A stretch of DNA of 63,900 nucleotides, the filler included, from Bonamia ostreae (taxonomy: Eukaryota), in the NCBI GenBank assembly GCA_040357525.1. It is 18 parts of 18 records of this genome, joined end to end, with 100 filler letters (N's around TTAATTAATTAA, not from the genome) between each part and the next. Parts side by side here need not be neighbours in the genome. Positions count along the whole stretch, not along the records: positions 1 to 3,480 come from JBDODL010000495.1; positions 3,581 to 7,058 come from JBDODL010000496.1; positions 7,159 to 10,633 come from JBDODL010000497.1; positions 10,734 to 14,205 come from JBDODL010000498.1; 14 more parts are not named here. One strand, 5' to 3'. Below are positions 1-12,056 of this stretch, one piece after another. The notes under the pieces are model-generated. The model had not been told where the DNA came from, ran no database searches, and was given only the letters and a program-made list of their open reading frames with translations. Every line of letters begins with the position of its first letter. The stretch's first letter is position 1. Both the position numbers and the translations under genes were made by a program.

Positions 1-290
1 TAATTTTAGAACGAAATAAATTTGACCTTCGATGTAACTTGAACATCATTCAGTTTCAAAAAATAACTAATTGAAATTTTATTTTCGGACAAGAAATAAT
101 TTTATACTCCTAGTCTTTGAAACAATCAACTAAAAAACTTATATTTTGTGTTTAAATTAACAAAACAAAAAATTTTGTCTTTAGCGGATAAAACTAAAGT
201 TTTTCGAAAAAACAAAGTTTCGTTAAATTTGAAAAAAAGAGATAAATTGAAGAAATTTGATAAAAATTGCCAAAAAAAAACAAGAGATAT

Positions 291-676
291 TTAATATTCT
301 CGTTTCATCTGGACAATTGAACAACAAGGGCAGAAACATGAAGTTAAACAGTCTTTAGAGTTGCTTCCGAAGATATCCTTGTCTTTCCGCAAATTACTTC
401 GCAGATAGTAAACACCGCAAAAATAACAACCCAGAAAATTGATCACACAAAATATAACGCAATTTGAGAATTGGTTGTTTCTCTCCTTCATAATCAACGA
501 ATAAATCTCTCCTTCTGTATGACAAGGACAGAAGATCGAACAAAAAACTTTTATTTAAGAATATAACAGATTTTAAATTCTTCGTGACAAGAAAACAATT
601 GATTGTTCCAATTTTTACCCCCCTTAAGTCTTTGCTTTGACTCAACAAAATCCACTCCAGTTCCGATTAACGTCAT
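291..676 (-). CDS. PLAC8-family Cys-rich protein (2 exons)
   Basis: ATG at 676; removing the 20-nt intron 548-567 gives WNNQLFSCHEEFKIFFCSIFCPC...DCLTSCFCPCCSIVQMKREY, the PLAC8 pattern. Confidence 0.85.
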
Positions 677-721
677 AATCAAAAATTATGTCAAATTTTT
701 TAAAATGTCAAAATATATTTA

Positions 722-3480
722 TTAAGAAGTACTGTCGAAATCTTCATCATAATCGCTCGTTTTCGGTGATTTTTGTGCTGTTTTCTCTTTCTCAACACCG
801 TCGTTACTATCTTCATTTGCCTTGTCATTGCCACTGTCGTTATAATCCTCGTCACTGGCGCTGTAATCGCTACTGTCCGATTCCTGGTCACTTTTTATTT
901 CGACCGGCACTTTTTTCTTGTTGTCGACAGCGAATTTTCTGCAGAGCTCAGTACGTCTCCGAGAGATAACCGATAAAAGTTTTTCGAGAATTTTTGTCTT
1001 TTCTGATTTGTTTAGTTTCATTTTCGAATTGTCTTTCCCTTTAATAAAAAGTTTTGTATCGCGGCAATTTTAGTTGTTGCCATTTTCAAATGTTGCGAAA
1101 ACTTTGCAAATGTTACCATAACCGATATTTTTAGTTTTATGTGATACACCATTAAAATACCTTTTTTTGTTTTTTCTTCGGGTTCTTCGTCGGCCGACAA
1201 GACTTCGAAGAAAGACGTCAAAGTCAATTCTTGTTTTTCCATGACTTTTTGACTGCTTGAAACCTCTTTTTCTTTTCTCCCTAAATATTCGTTTTTGATG
1301 ACCCCTTTGTCGCGCGCTTCTCTGTAGACGTTGAGCAGATCCGAGTCGCCTAGACCCATTAATTTCAACAATGATGTTACCGATTCGGGCACTTCGCTTC
1401 TGCGGTCTTCGGGCAGAAAAAAGTTGAAGACTAAATTCAGGTCGTCGAAAGCTTCACTCAGCTCCTCTCCGTGAAAGAGGGTGAATGTTCTGTCGGAATC
1501 CAATAACATCCATTCCAGAAGCTTGTACACCATCGAACGAGTGGCTTCAATGATAAAATGGCAGTTTTCTTTTAACGTGAATTCTCTTATTTGGGCCAAA
1601 GTAATTGTGTAGTTCGAGAGCTTTTCCGAAGTCTCTGCGTTTTTCAGGTTTTTCGTTTTGAACAGATTTTCTTTTTAATAAAATTTTGTCAATTCCAAAC
1701 TTTATACAAAAAATGTTTTCAAAATAATTTTAACGGAAAAAATCTTTCGAATCGTACAAAGCGATCCGCAAAGCGATGATTTCGAGCAGCAAATCGCACT
1801 GCTCAAACAATGGCTTCATGTCCCATTTCTCCCACTTTGCGCTCACGCTTTTGCCCAACGATCTTTTAACAAAGTTTTGCAGCCGCGATTCAAATTTTCT
1901 CATCGCTTCAAGCAACTCGAAAGTGTTGTCGTAATAGACGCACAGACGCTTCGTCACGCTGGACAGCGCCTTTTTGCTTTTGAAAGGTTTTTCGGATTCC
2001 TGTGCTTCCAGTTCCAACGTCGGTTTTTTCAAGTTCAAGACGGAAAAAATTTGGCTTCTCCGCGCCAAACTTTTTTCGACGTCGACTTCAAGTTTGGTCA
2101 AATCCAGATTTATGAAAGTGCTGACTACGCCTTTCTTCAATTGCTGTTTTTGGAAGAAAATGAATATCAGGCGTTTGAACAAAGAGTACATTTTGCCGGA
2201 TAAGATGGTTAGAACAAGTTCGATGTCAGAGACTTTTAAAATGAAGTCTTTCAAAATCTTGAAAATGTGGTTTTGAATTCTGTTTGCTTCGCTGATAAAT
2301 TCTCTTGACACTTTTGTCGATTTTAAGGCGTCTTGTTTTAAATGCAATGTCTTTCTTTTCTTTTGGGATGTTTAGAGGCCGAAAAAAAAGAATTTTGTGA
2401 GTCATGTATTTGGTAATTGATTTAAAGTTGTGCGCCATTTTTACATAATTTGGATATTGATTAAATTTAGTCGAACATAATTTGTTAATTTATTACCATT
2501 TTTATAAAATTTGACAATTGTTGATTAAATTTAGGGGCCATTTTTTACATAATATGTTAATTGATTAAGACATTTTGCATAATTTGTTAGGTGATTACCA
2601 TTTTCACGAAATTTGAAAATTGTTGATTAAATTTAGGGGCCATTTTTTACATAATTTGGATATTGATTAAATTTAGTGGCCATTTTTACATAATTTTACA
2701 ATCAATTTTCGTCAATTTTAATTAATAAAAGCACATTTTTGATGGGTAGTAACATTCTCTGCAAGAGCGCCAACTCTTCTTCGGTAATGTCCTTTGATTT
2801 CCTTCTGAAAATGCCTCGATAGTCCAAAAACAACATTGAAATTTTTTGGATCGTCGTCTGAGTCAAAAACTTTCTGGATTTTTCGCTTTTCAAAAGTTTT
2901 CTCAGATGCTCATAAAACTGGAATAAGATGCAAGTCGGATATAGAGTGTATTCGGACGGCCCCAACTTCGCCAGAAACGAGTTGCATTCTGAAATATATT
3001 CTGTGCACAAGTACGCGATGCTGTTTTCTCCGGGATACATGTTCAATCCTCTTTTCAATATTTATTATAAACAACGCCAAACGGGTTCTTTGTTATATGC
3101 ACATTACAAACAATTACTGTTTTGTTACAACACTTCAAACATTAGAAAACGGTGTCAAAAGATTGGGCAAGAAATGGCGAGTTTCGTTTTCGACCATTTT
3201 CTGCAATAATTCCATGAATTCAAGCCAATCCTCAGCTATAAAACTTTCCATTTTTATAGGGAACTGCGCGCGATTTTTTGCGTAAAGTTTTTTGAAAGAC
3301 AGAAGAGCTACTTCACTGATGAAACTAGCGATTTCTTTTGTGGTCAGAACACCCGTTTTTTCTACGATCTGTGCGGTCACTGCCAATATTTCGAAGCTTT
3401 CGCCGATGTTGACTGCTTTTCTATAATCTTCTTTGTAATAAAAGTCGTCAACGAATGTTCTGAATTTGTAGTGTATCTTT
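722..3480 (-). CDS. Munc13-like/DUF810 (PATROL1-type) protein, multi-exon, 5' truncated
   Basis: Consecutive minus-strand ORFs; KRLCVYYDNTF, IALRIALYDSKDFF, WMLLDSDRTFT...EAFDDLNLVF and LLSVISRRRTELCRKF resemble DUF810/MHD C-terminal motifs. Confidence 0.5.
2433..2700. repeat. Degenerate tandem repeat, probably intronic
   Basis: Several copies of gccatttttacataatttggatattgattaaatttag. Confidence 0.75.
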
Positions 3481-3580
3481 NNNNNNNNNNNNNNNNNNNN
3501 NNNNNNNNNNNNNNNNNNNNNNNNTTAATTAATTAANNNNNNNNNNNNNNNNNNNNNNNNNNNNNNNNNNNNNNNNNNNN
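3481..3580. other. Artificial contig spacer (first of 17; others start at 7059, 10634, 14206, 17778, 21348, 24915, 28479, 32042, 35604, 39166, 42723, 46278, 49818, 53357, 56879, 60392)
   Basis: N44-TTAATTAATTAA-N44 (stops in all six frames); contig lengths decrease monotonically. Confidence 0.98.
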
Positions 3581-3892
3581 GAAAAAAATAAAAATTTTAA
3601 GGCGAATCGGCAAAAAAGATTTGGTCGAAAAAAATTGCAAAATAACGAAGAGAATAAAAACATAACCAGAATCTTTGAATAAAGCACAAAGACAAAGAAT
3701 GCATAAAAGATAGATAACGACTGGTACAATTCCTACTGATTCGGGAACTTTGATTTTCGAAGGTTTGTTTAAGTCAACTCCGACGATATTTTTCTCCAAA
3801 AAAATAGAAGAAACGAGCGGAATAAATTTGTAGACGAGGATGAAAACCATAAGTGAAAGAGCGAGTACATTGTACATTGTCCCGGAAGCCAT
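3581..3892 (-). CDS. ALG7: UDP-GlcNAc:dolichyl-phosphate GlcNAc-1-phosphate transferase, 5' part
   Basis: Transmembrane segment followed by GVDLNKPSKIKVPESVGIV, the ALG7/DPAGT1 N-terminal motif. Confidence 0.85.
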
Positions 3893-4749
3893 TCTTGGAA
3901 TAAATTTTTATATTTTTAGTTGTTTTTTATATAATTTTTTCGAAATTATTGATGGCATATTCGTTTTTACGTTATTAATGCTCTTTAATTTTTAATTAAT
4001 GCCATTTTTAACAAAAATTTTGAAATTTTTGATATTTTTTAAAATTTTTGAACAAAATTTACAAAAATTTACAGTTTTTAACAAATTTGTTTAATTTTGG
4101 GAAATCATAATTTTTTCTTTTAACAGCAATTAAAATTCAAGATTTCTACAAAGTTTGATCGACATTTAAATTTTGTAAAAATGGCAATTTTAATTTTTAA
4201 ATTGTAAGCAAGATTTTTAAAATTTTTCCAATTATTTTTTCAAGATTCGTGCAAAGCCATTAAATTTTCAAAAAATCTCCAACATTTTATCAAAATGGCT
4301 ATGCAGGATTATCCCGACTACATTGAAGGAGAAAACATAAAATTAATGGATAATTTTGACAAAGATATTGATAATATAATTGACAGTTTTAAAGATTTGA
4401 CCAAATTATAAAAATTAAAATATTCAGTTTTTAGTTTTTTATTGCTACAAGTGCTTCTAAACCAATATTTAATTAGGTACATATATTTTGTCACCAGCAA
4501 ATCTCGGAAAACAATCAAAAAAAGGAACAGAAAAAATTCAATGAAAAGAGATGTGAAAATTTGTTTAGGTCAATGAACGGAAAATTGAGAAACAAAGGAT
4601 TGAACGCAAAAGCTTACAATTCTTTCAGAATAACAACCGCTCAATCTGAAAAGAAAATATTTTGTGAAAACATAAAATATGAAAATGCTGTTTTGTATTA
4701 AAATTACAAATTTTATTCTTGAATATTTGTTATCAACATTTAGTCAAAT

Positions 4750-5703
4750 TTGGCGATAAAACCGGAAGAGACCAACAGAAAACTGATCGAATCGATATTC
4801 CGAAGCAATGGAGCTTCTTCGTTAAATCAAAGTTTTGCCCTAAATCAAGACGTTGCTGAAATTGATGTGACAAAGTACAAAACTGAATTGTGTCTGAATT
4901 GGATGACTTTAGGAAAATGCCCTTATGGAAACCGTTGCAATTTTGGGTTTTTTGTTGTTACAAAACTNNNNNNNNNNNNNNNNNNNNNNNNNNNNNNNNN
5001 NNNNNNNNNNNNNNNNNNNNNNNNNNNNNNNNNNNNNNNNNNNNNNNNNNNNNNNNNNNNNNNNNNNGCTTTTTATTCTATTTAACAAATTTTTTGTTGT
5101 TACAAAACTGCTTTTTATTCTATTTAACAAATTTTTGTTGTTACAAAACTGCTTTTTATTCTATTTAACAAATTTTTTGTTGTTACAAAACTGCTTTTTA
5201 TTCTAGTTATCAAATTTTTTGTTGTTACAAAAGTGCTTTTTATTCTAGTTATCAAATTTTTTGTTGTTACAAAACCGCTTTTTATTAACAAATTTTTTGT
5301 TGTTACAAAACCGCTTTTTAATCTATTTAACAAATTTTTTGTTGTTACAAAACTGCTTTTTTTCTTTAAATTATTGTCGTTGTTACCAAAGCAAAAATAG
5401 ACATGGTGTAAACGATTTGAGAGCGAATCGGCGTGTAAGAAATTACAAAACGCAAATGTGCTGCGATCCAGGTTTTTATTATATGTTAAAGCAAGACAAG
5501 GCGGCCATTCTTGTGCGTTCGGAGCAAAATGCAATTTTTTGCATCCTGGCGAAGCACTGAGGAAAAACTTTTCAAAATCTTACTTTGAAAACGAATACGT
5601 TTCCGAGCTGGAAGCCATTTTTGGAGATAACGAGTTTTTTATAAATATTTTTAAAATTACGATTTTTATATTCTCTATTTTACGATTCATTAATTTTTGT
5701 TAA
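4750..5703 (+). CDS. Tandem CCCH zinc-finger RNA-binding protein (ZFP36/TIS11-like); start probably further upstream
   Basis: KYKTELC...CPYGNRCNFGHG and NYKTQMCCDPARQGGHSCAFGAKCNFLHPGE after removing a repeat-filled intron and the 20-nt intron 5472-5491. Confidence 0.85.
4949..5362. repeat. Intronic minisatellite of about 41 nt (spans an N gap)
   Basis: ttgttgttacaaaactgctttttattctatttaacaaattttt repeated about 7 times or more. Confidence 0.9.
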
Positions 5704-5809
5704 ATAAAAAGAACGCCGTTTGGAGTGTACATTTAAATTATTGCAATTTTTCATTTATAAAAATTATTGTCAATTATAAAAAATTTGCTGTAAATTGCGA
5801 AATTAAAAA

Positions 5810-7058
5810 TCAATTTATCCATTTTACAGAAATCTGAGCCATTTTTAACAAATCTTCTTCACAGACTTTCTTCAACACTTTAATAAGCAACATTCTCAAA
5901 ATCTCTTTTGAATGTTAAAGTTTAAAATCCAAAAAATTAAAACAAAATAACAAACTTTTTAAAAAAGGTTTATGTTGAAATCGAAGATTTTTCTTGAACA
6001 TAAAAAATTTTTTAGCCAAATTTTCCAAAATTTTGCGCGAATTGTCATTAATTTTTGTCATATTTGCCAAATTTGGATTTAAAGAAAATTTACTTTTATA
6101 ATTTTTTCGTATTAAAAGGCGATTTTTGTTGTTTAGATTTTGAATAGAATAGCCGCACCAATTTATTGTTTGTTCGTTTTTTAATTGATAAAATTTTGAT
6201 TTTTCGTTTATTTCAAGTTTTAATGATTTCAAACTTTGATATTTTTAATTATTAAAAAAACTATTTTAAAATAAATTTTAAAAATTGGTTCAAAATATTT
6301 TCGCCGTTGGCAAAACAGATCATATCGTCAACAGAACGATAATATTTGATTTGACTAAATTTTAGAGCATTTTTGTCTAGATTTTGCAAATACAAATTAG
6401 CCAAAATCGGGGCTAGAATTGAGCCTTGCAAAACTCCTTTTGTTTTTGTGTACCAATTCTGGCTTAATTTTCCAGATTTTTTAGAGGTGAATTTTATTGT
6501 GTTGGCAAAAATTGCCCTTTCAAATTGAATTATTGCGTTTTCTCTTGTCATTGATTTTTCGTTCTAAATAAAATTTTTGTTAATTAATTTAATTTTTAAC
6601 AAAATTGTTTTTTAATTTTTTGATAAAATTTATTTAATAAAATAGGTTTTTTAATTTTTTAATAAAATTTTTGTTATTTAGTTTAATTTTTAACAAAAAC
6701 ATAAATTTTGACGATTTCAATTTTGTTAATCTTGTCTAAAATATTTTTAATCATGGAAAAATCGTCCTTCTTGTTAGAACAAACTATTTTTCGAATTTTT
6801 ATAAATTTATCTTTATTTATTTTCTTTATAACGTTCAATTTTTGTATTCTATAAATTTTCTTTAATTTAAAATTTAGCTTTTTTTAAATAATAAAATTTA
6901 ACATTTTTAAAACATATTATTTTGTAAAATTTGGCCTTTTAAATGATCGAATTTTTTTGTTTTAAAAGGTATAAAAACATTTCGCAGATTCTTTTTTACA
7001 AAATCAAATAAAATTTGTTGATCAATATTATCAAAAAAATTTTGAATATCGATTGTAG
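5810..7058 (-). CDS. TERT: Telomerase reverse transcriptase, 3' part (RT motifs A-E plus short C-terminal extension)
   Basis: TIDIQNFFDNIDQ (motif A), YTKTKGVLQGSILAPILANLY (B'), YYRSVDDMICF (C), INWCGYSI (E); interrupted by GT-AG introns. Confidence 0.8.
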
Positions 7059-7158
7059 NNNNNNNNNNNNNNNNNNNNNNNNNNNNNNNNNNNNNNNNNN
7101 NNTTAATTAATTAANNNNNNNNNNNNNNNNNNNNNNNNNNNNNNNNNNNNNNNNNNNN

Positions 7159-9079
7159 TTGGTATCAAAATAAAACCACAAAATAAAAACGACATTGTCC
7201 TTCTCTTTATTGACATATTTTATGACAGAATTTGTGAATTTTTGCCAACCAAAGTTTTTATGCGAATTTGCTTTGTGCGCCTAAACCATTTTGAATTTCA
7301 AAACTTCAACGGTTAAAACTGAATTGAGCAAAAGAACGCCTTCTTTGGCCCATTTTTCTAAGGAACCGTCTTCCCAATTTATTTTGGCGTTGACGTCGTC
7401 AACTGCTTCTTTAAATATGTTTTTCAACGAAGGAGGCAAACTAACGCCTTTTTGGACAGAGAAACTTAAGCCGTGCGCTTGGTTCTCTTCGTGATAGGGA
7501 TCTTGTCCGATTATCACGACTTTTAACTTTTATGTTGATCGAAAAAAAGTTCAAAACATTATTTAATGGCGTTAACTCAAACGCAGAATAGACGGATTTT
7601 AACGGCGGATAAATTACGCTGTTTTTTGAAGAACCGAATATTTTTATTTCTAAATCTTTAAAATATTTTTGCTGAAATTCATTTTTAAAAAAATTTTGCC
7701 AATCGTTATCGACCAAATTTTGCAAATTTTTATTCGATTCGTTTTGCAAATTTTTTGATTTATTTTGCAAATTTTTTGATTCGTTTTGCAAATTTTTTGA
7801 TTCGTTTTGCAAATTTTTATTCGATTCATTTTGCAAATTTTTGTTCGATTTATTTTTCTGTTTTGTAGCGAATGGCAGTAATTGCTGTTTTGCCTTTCTC
7901 TTTCCCTTTTTTGGGACTTTGTCAAAATTTGCAGTTTTCTCAAAATTTCCTGGCAAATCTATTTCCATGACGATAGGGACATGGTCACTCCCGAATACAT
8001 CTGAAGCGACCCGAACGCTTTTCGGCGCGTCGGATAATGAAGGGGGTACAATAAAATAGTCCAACCTCCATCCTCTGTTTTTGACTCTATTACTTTAAAA
8101 AATTTAAATTTGGCTTTTTTGGGACTAAATTTATTTGTGTTGGAAAGCTAAATATTGTGATTTAGACAACTTCCCGAGATAGGACCAAAATGTCATTGCT
8201 TTTTCTCGTTCCTCGGGATAGAATTTTCGGTAAATATCGACAAAATTTTGTTCTTGAAAATATTTTGTAAAATCTTCTCTTTCGTAATCGGTGAAGCCGG
8301 CAGATTTAGAGCGGTTCTTGTTTGTTTCGCCGTCGTAGACATCGTAATCGAGATAGGCTACGTTCAAATCTCCCGTCCAAATAAATGGTTTTTCTTTCTG
8401 GTTTTGTTTCGATAGAATGTAAAAAGCAAAAAATATTAAAAAAATGAAAATTTGATAAAACGTAAAAAGCAAAAAAATATTAAAAAAACATAAATTTGAT
8501 AAAACTTAAAAAGCAAATATTTTGATAAAATGTTAATAAAAGCAAAAAAAAGTGAAAATATTATAAAAATTAAAAAAAACATTAAGTTTTAGTAGAAAAT
8601 TTCTCATTAGTTCATTCCAATTACGTTTTCGTTCCATAAACTTTAGCTTTTCGCCTGCATTCGGGACATAAGTGTTCACCAAATAAAATTTTTCGAATTC
8701 TAAAGTTAAAATTCGTCCATCGCCAATCTGTTTTAAAAATAGTAAATTTGAAAACATCTCCAAAAGATTCTTCGACGACTTTGACCGGTTCATATTTAGA
8801 CAAAATGCCAACACCGGCGTAGCCCGCTTTATGAGAACAGTCGTTCCAGAATATTTTGTACTTTTTATCGATTTCAAAAGGGATTTGGTCCAAGGTACAT
8901 TTCGTCTCAGAAAGGCACAAAATGTCGGGATCTTCCTTTTTGAAGTATGGCAGAAAATGTCCTTTTTTGACACAGGCTCGAAGACCTGCAACGTTCCAAC
9001 TGCAAATTTTAACAAGTGTATTTTTCTCGATATTAATCATTTGGCTAATTTTAGAAAAATTAAAAGTAGCCTTTATCAT
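7159..9079 (-). CDS. ExoIII/APE1-family AP endonuclease fused to family-1 uracil-DNA glycosylase, 3' truncated
   Basis: [43 protein letters not shown], then in the same exon IYPP..., followed by [36 protein letters not shown]. Confidence 0.9.
7714..7860. repeat. Coding 21-24 nt tandem repeat (NES(N)KNLQ linker)
   Basis: ttttgcaaatttttt(att)gattcg repeated about 6 times in frame. Confidence 0.85.
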
Positions 9080-9850
9080 GAAATATTTTTAAAATCGATT
9101 TGTTTATTAAATGTGTTAAATGATTACTAATTTTAACAGAATTGCTAAAATTTACAAAATTTTATCTTGCGTTGTCCTAAATACAAATTGGAGTGCTTTT
9201 ATTTTTAATGCCAAATTTTAGTTTCCAACATCTTTATTTTACAAAAAAGCAAATTTGAATCACAAAATTGCCAATTGTCTAAAAATAATAGAAAATTAAT
9301 TTTTTGAAAATAAAATGGGAAATTTTAAAATATTTTGTGAAAACACTTCACCCAAAAACGTTTCTATTCCGTTAAAAATTTTTGGTTCAAAGACAGTAAT
9401 ATTTTAAATTTGACCGGAAAAAATATTTCAAAAACGGCACTTTGTAAAAAATTGCTAAAATTTTAAATTTGTCAAAGAGTGAACAACAAATTGCATAATA
9501 AATTTTAATATTACAATATTGAAAAAATAGCAAAATTTTGCAATAAATTTTTTTAATGTTAAATATTATGTACCATTTTATTTGTAATTAAAAAGATTAA
9601 CGCGCATATTTTTCGGAGGGCGTCTTTGATAGAATTTTGATTATCAAAGTAAATTTCCAAAATTAATCATTTGTTAAATTTACTCAGTTTTCCCAATTTT
9701 GTCAATTTTTTGCTCGCGTGACAAAATAAAAATTTGCTATAACATTTAAACCGAAATAACAATATGTTAAATTTTACCCAAAAACAATATATTAAATTTT
9801 AGCAAATTTTAGCAAATTCGATTTTAATAAAAAATTAATAACAAGCAGAA

Positions 9851-10633
9851 ATGAATCCAAACGAAATCGATCCTTCGACCATTTTTATTTCAGACATTAA
9901 ATCTAAAAATCCATTATTAATTAGTCTTTGTGTCGACCATTTTGAAACTCTTTCTGCTCTTGTGGGCCCCGAAAAAACAAGTTTTTAATAAAAAACATTT
10001 TATAAAAAGAAAAACTTTTCACGGAAATCAACGAAATGATCGATTCTGTTAATATAACGCATTTTAAATTCGATTCTGGCAATTACGAAAGCCAAAAAAT
10101 AATTATTTCTATTCAACGACTAGGTTTCTCAATAAAATTTAGCCAAAACGATCGATCGATCGTTCATAAATTTCGTCGGCGGCTACCAAAACCTCAACTG
10201 TATTTTCAATTTGTTGGAAAAAATGTTGCGGTTTCCAGATTTCGAAGTTCGAAAAGTTTAAAAATGAAATTTGATAGAACGCGACAAAATCGATAAAAAC
10301 GTTTTTGGTGGCAACAGAAGAAAAGTTATGCAACAAAGAAATAATCGTTCAAGAAATTCTAAAACTGCTAAAATCGCTTAGTTTGGATTCACCAACGACA
10401 CCATCGAAACTGGCAGCGCTGAAAATTGTGAAGCCATTTTCTAAATTTCTCTTTGGAATTTACAAAAATCCCCAAAATATCGAAATGGGTTGTGACAACA
10501 AAGTGAATTGTCACACCGTCAATTCTCTATTGTTCCAATCAATCAACGACCAATCTTTTTTGGTAAGAAATGAAGCCGTTGAAGTTTTAAGTTTCTACGA
10601 TTAAGTTTTAAGTTAAAGTTGCGTTTTGTGTGA
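9851..10633 (+). CDS. HEAT-repeat protein, divergent PP2A scaffold A-like, 3' truncated
   Basis: MNPNEIDPSTIFISDIKSKNPLLISLCVDHFETLSALVGPEKT and DQSFLVRNEAV resemble PP2A-A repeats. Confidence 0.55.
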
Positions 10634-10879
10634 NNNNNNNNNNNNNNNNNNNNNNNNNNNNNNNNNNNNNNNNNNNNTTAATTAATTAANNNNNNNNNNN
10701 NNNNNNNNNNNNNNNNNNNNNNNNNNNNNNNNNTAAAAAAAGATTTCAACAAAAATAAAAAAAAAGATTTCAACAAAAATAAAAAAAAAAGATTTCAACG
10801 AAAATATAAAAAAAAGATTTCAACAAAAATATAAAAAGATTGTTCAAAAAAAATAAAGCCAATTCAGAGATCCGTCAAA

Positions 10880-11650
10880 ATGGGCAATATTCCGTCAATA
10901 AGAGAATACAAAAATTTTGTTCGTGACCAAAAAATAAACAAGAACAACGTTCTAAAGCCAAAGTTCCCAAAAAGCGAAGAACTTGAAAATTTTGTCAAGA
11001 CAAACGAATCTTCGAAATCAAGTAAACACAAAAACTCAAATTATGAAGAAGAAAAGTTTTTAATTGAAATTTAGAAGCACTGATTTTGGTCAACGTAAAC
11101 TTTTAAATATTGTTGCGAATAACAATGCCAAAAAATATAAAATTGATTCGTTTAACAAATCAAAAAACAAAAACGAGAATTTTAATACTCTTTCAAGACC
11201 GAACAAAGAAAGTCCAGTTGAAGCTTTAGATTTGTTGCAAATCGATGAAAGTTCTTTTTTAAATTTATCTTTAAATATCAATCCGAAAATAATTTACAAT
11301 GACATTTCCAATCAGAAAGTCCGAAAACAGAAAAAATGCCAGAAAGTCCGAAAATAGAAAATACAAAAGAAATAAAAGATTTGATAATATCAAAAGGTGG
11401 TTTATAATTTTAAACATTTAAAGCTACGGAACAAGCTCAGAAAAATATAACAAGAACACAAAAGGTCAAAAACACTTTAAAATTAAGCAAAAATGCAAAA
11501 ATTGGAGACGAAACAGCTCCGCTTCCAAACAGAAAAGTTATAAAGGAAACGGAGAGAAGATCGAGAAAAATGTTTTCGCTTGAAAGGGACACAAGAAGAG
11601 CAATTGTTGAAGCTAAACTGAGAAAAGTTTTAAAAGCAAAAAAATCTTAG
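10880..11650 (+). CDS. Hypothetical Lys/Asn-rich protein, multi-exon
   Basis: Successive ORFs ending ...RRAIVEAKLRKVLKAKKS*; no family recognised. Confidence 0.45.
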
Positions 11651-12056
11651 AAAGCCAGAGAGTTTTCCGATAGAATGAAGAAAAAGTAAAAGTCTAATTT
11701 TTAAAATTCCATTTTTTAGTTTTTAGACATTTTGCGATTTTAAATTGGATTTTTTAATCGAGTTTTAAATTAGTCCAAGAAAACGATAAATCTTCGAAAC
11801 AAAGCGCAGAATAACTACGCTTAGTTTTCGAAAAGATTGTCGTCTTAGCATTTTAACCATTTCTAGACCATTTTAACCATTTCTAGATAAGATTTAAATC
11901 TCTCTATTTTACATTTCATCTTTTATGAACAGAACTACGCTTCGTTTTTAAAGCTATATCGTTCTTGCATTTTAACCATTTTAGAAGATAAAGTTTATTG
12001 AAAGTAGTTTTTATATTGTCATTATAAAATAAAAAATTTATAGAAAGTTAGCCAAA

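Noticed and set aside
4949-5362. Repeat of about 41 nt resembling a CRISPR array
   Set aside because: No unique spacers, no cas genes, and it lies inside a eukaryotic intron
5810-9079. TERT next to APE-UNG, resembling an APE+RT retroelement or repair cluster
   Set aside because: Separated by a contig spacer at 7059-7158; the adjacency is artefactual
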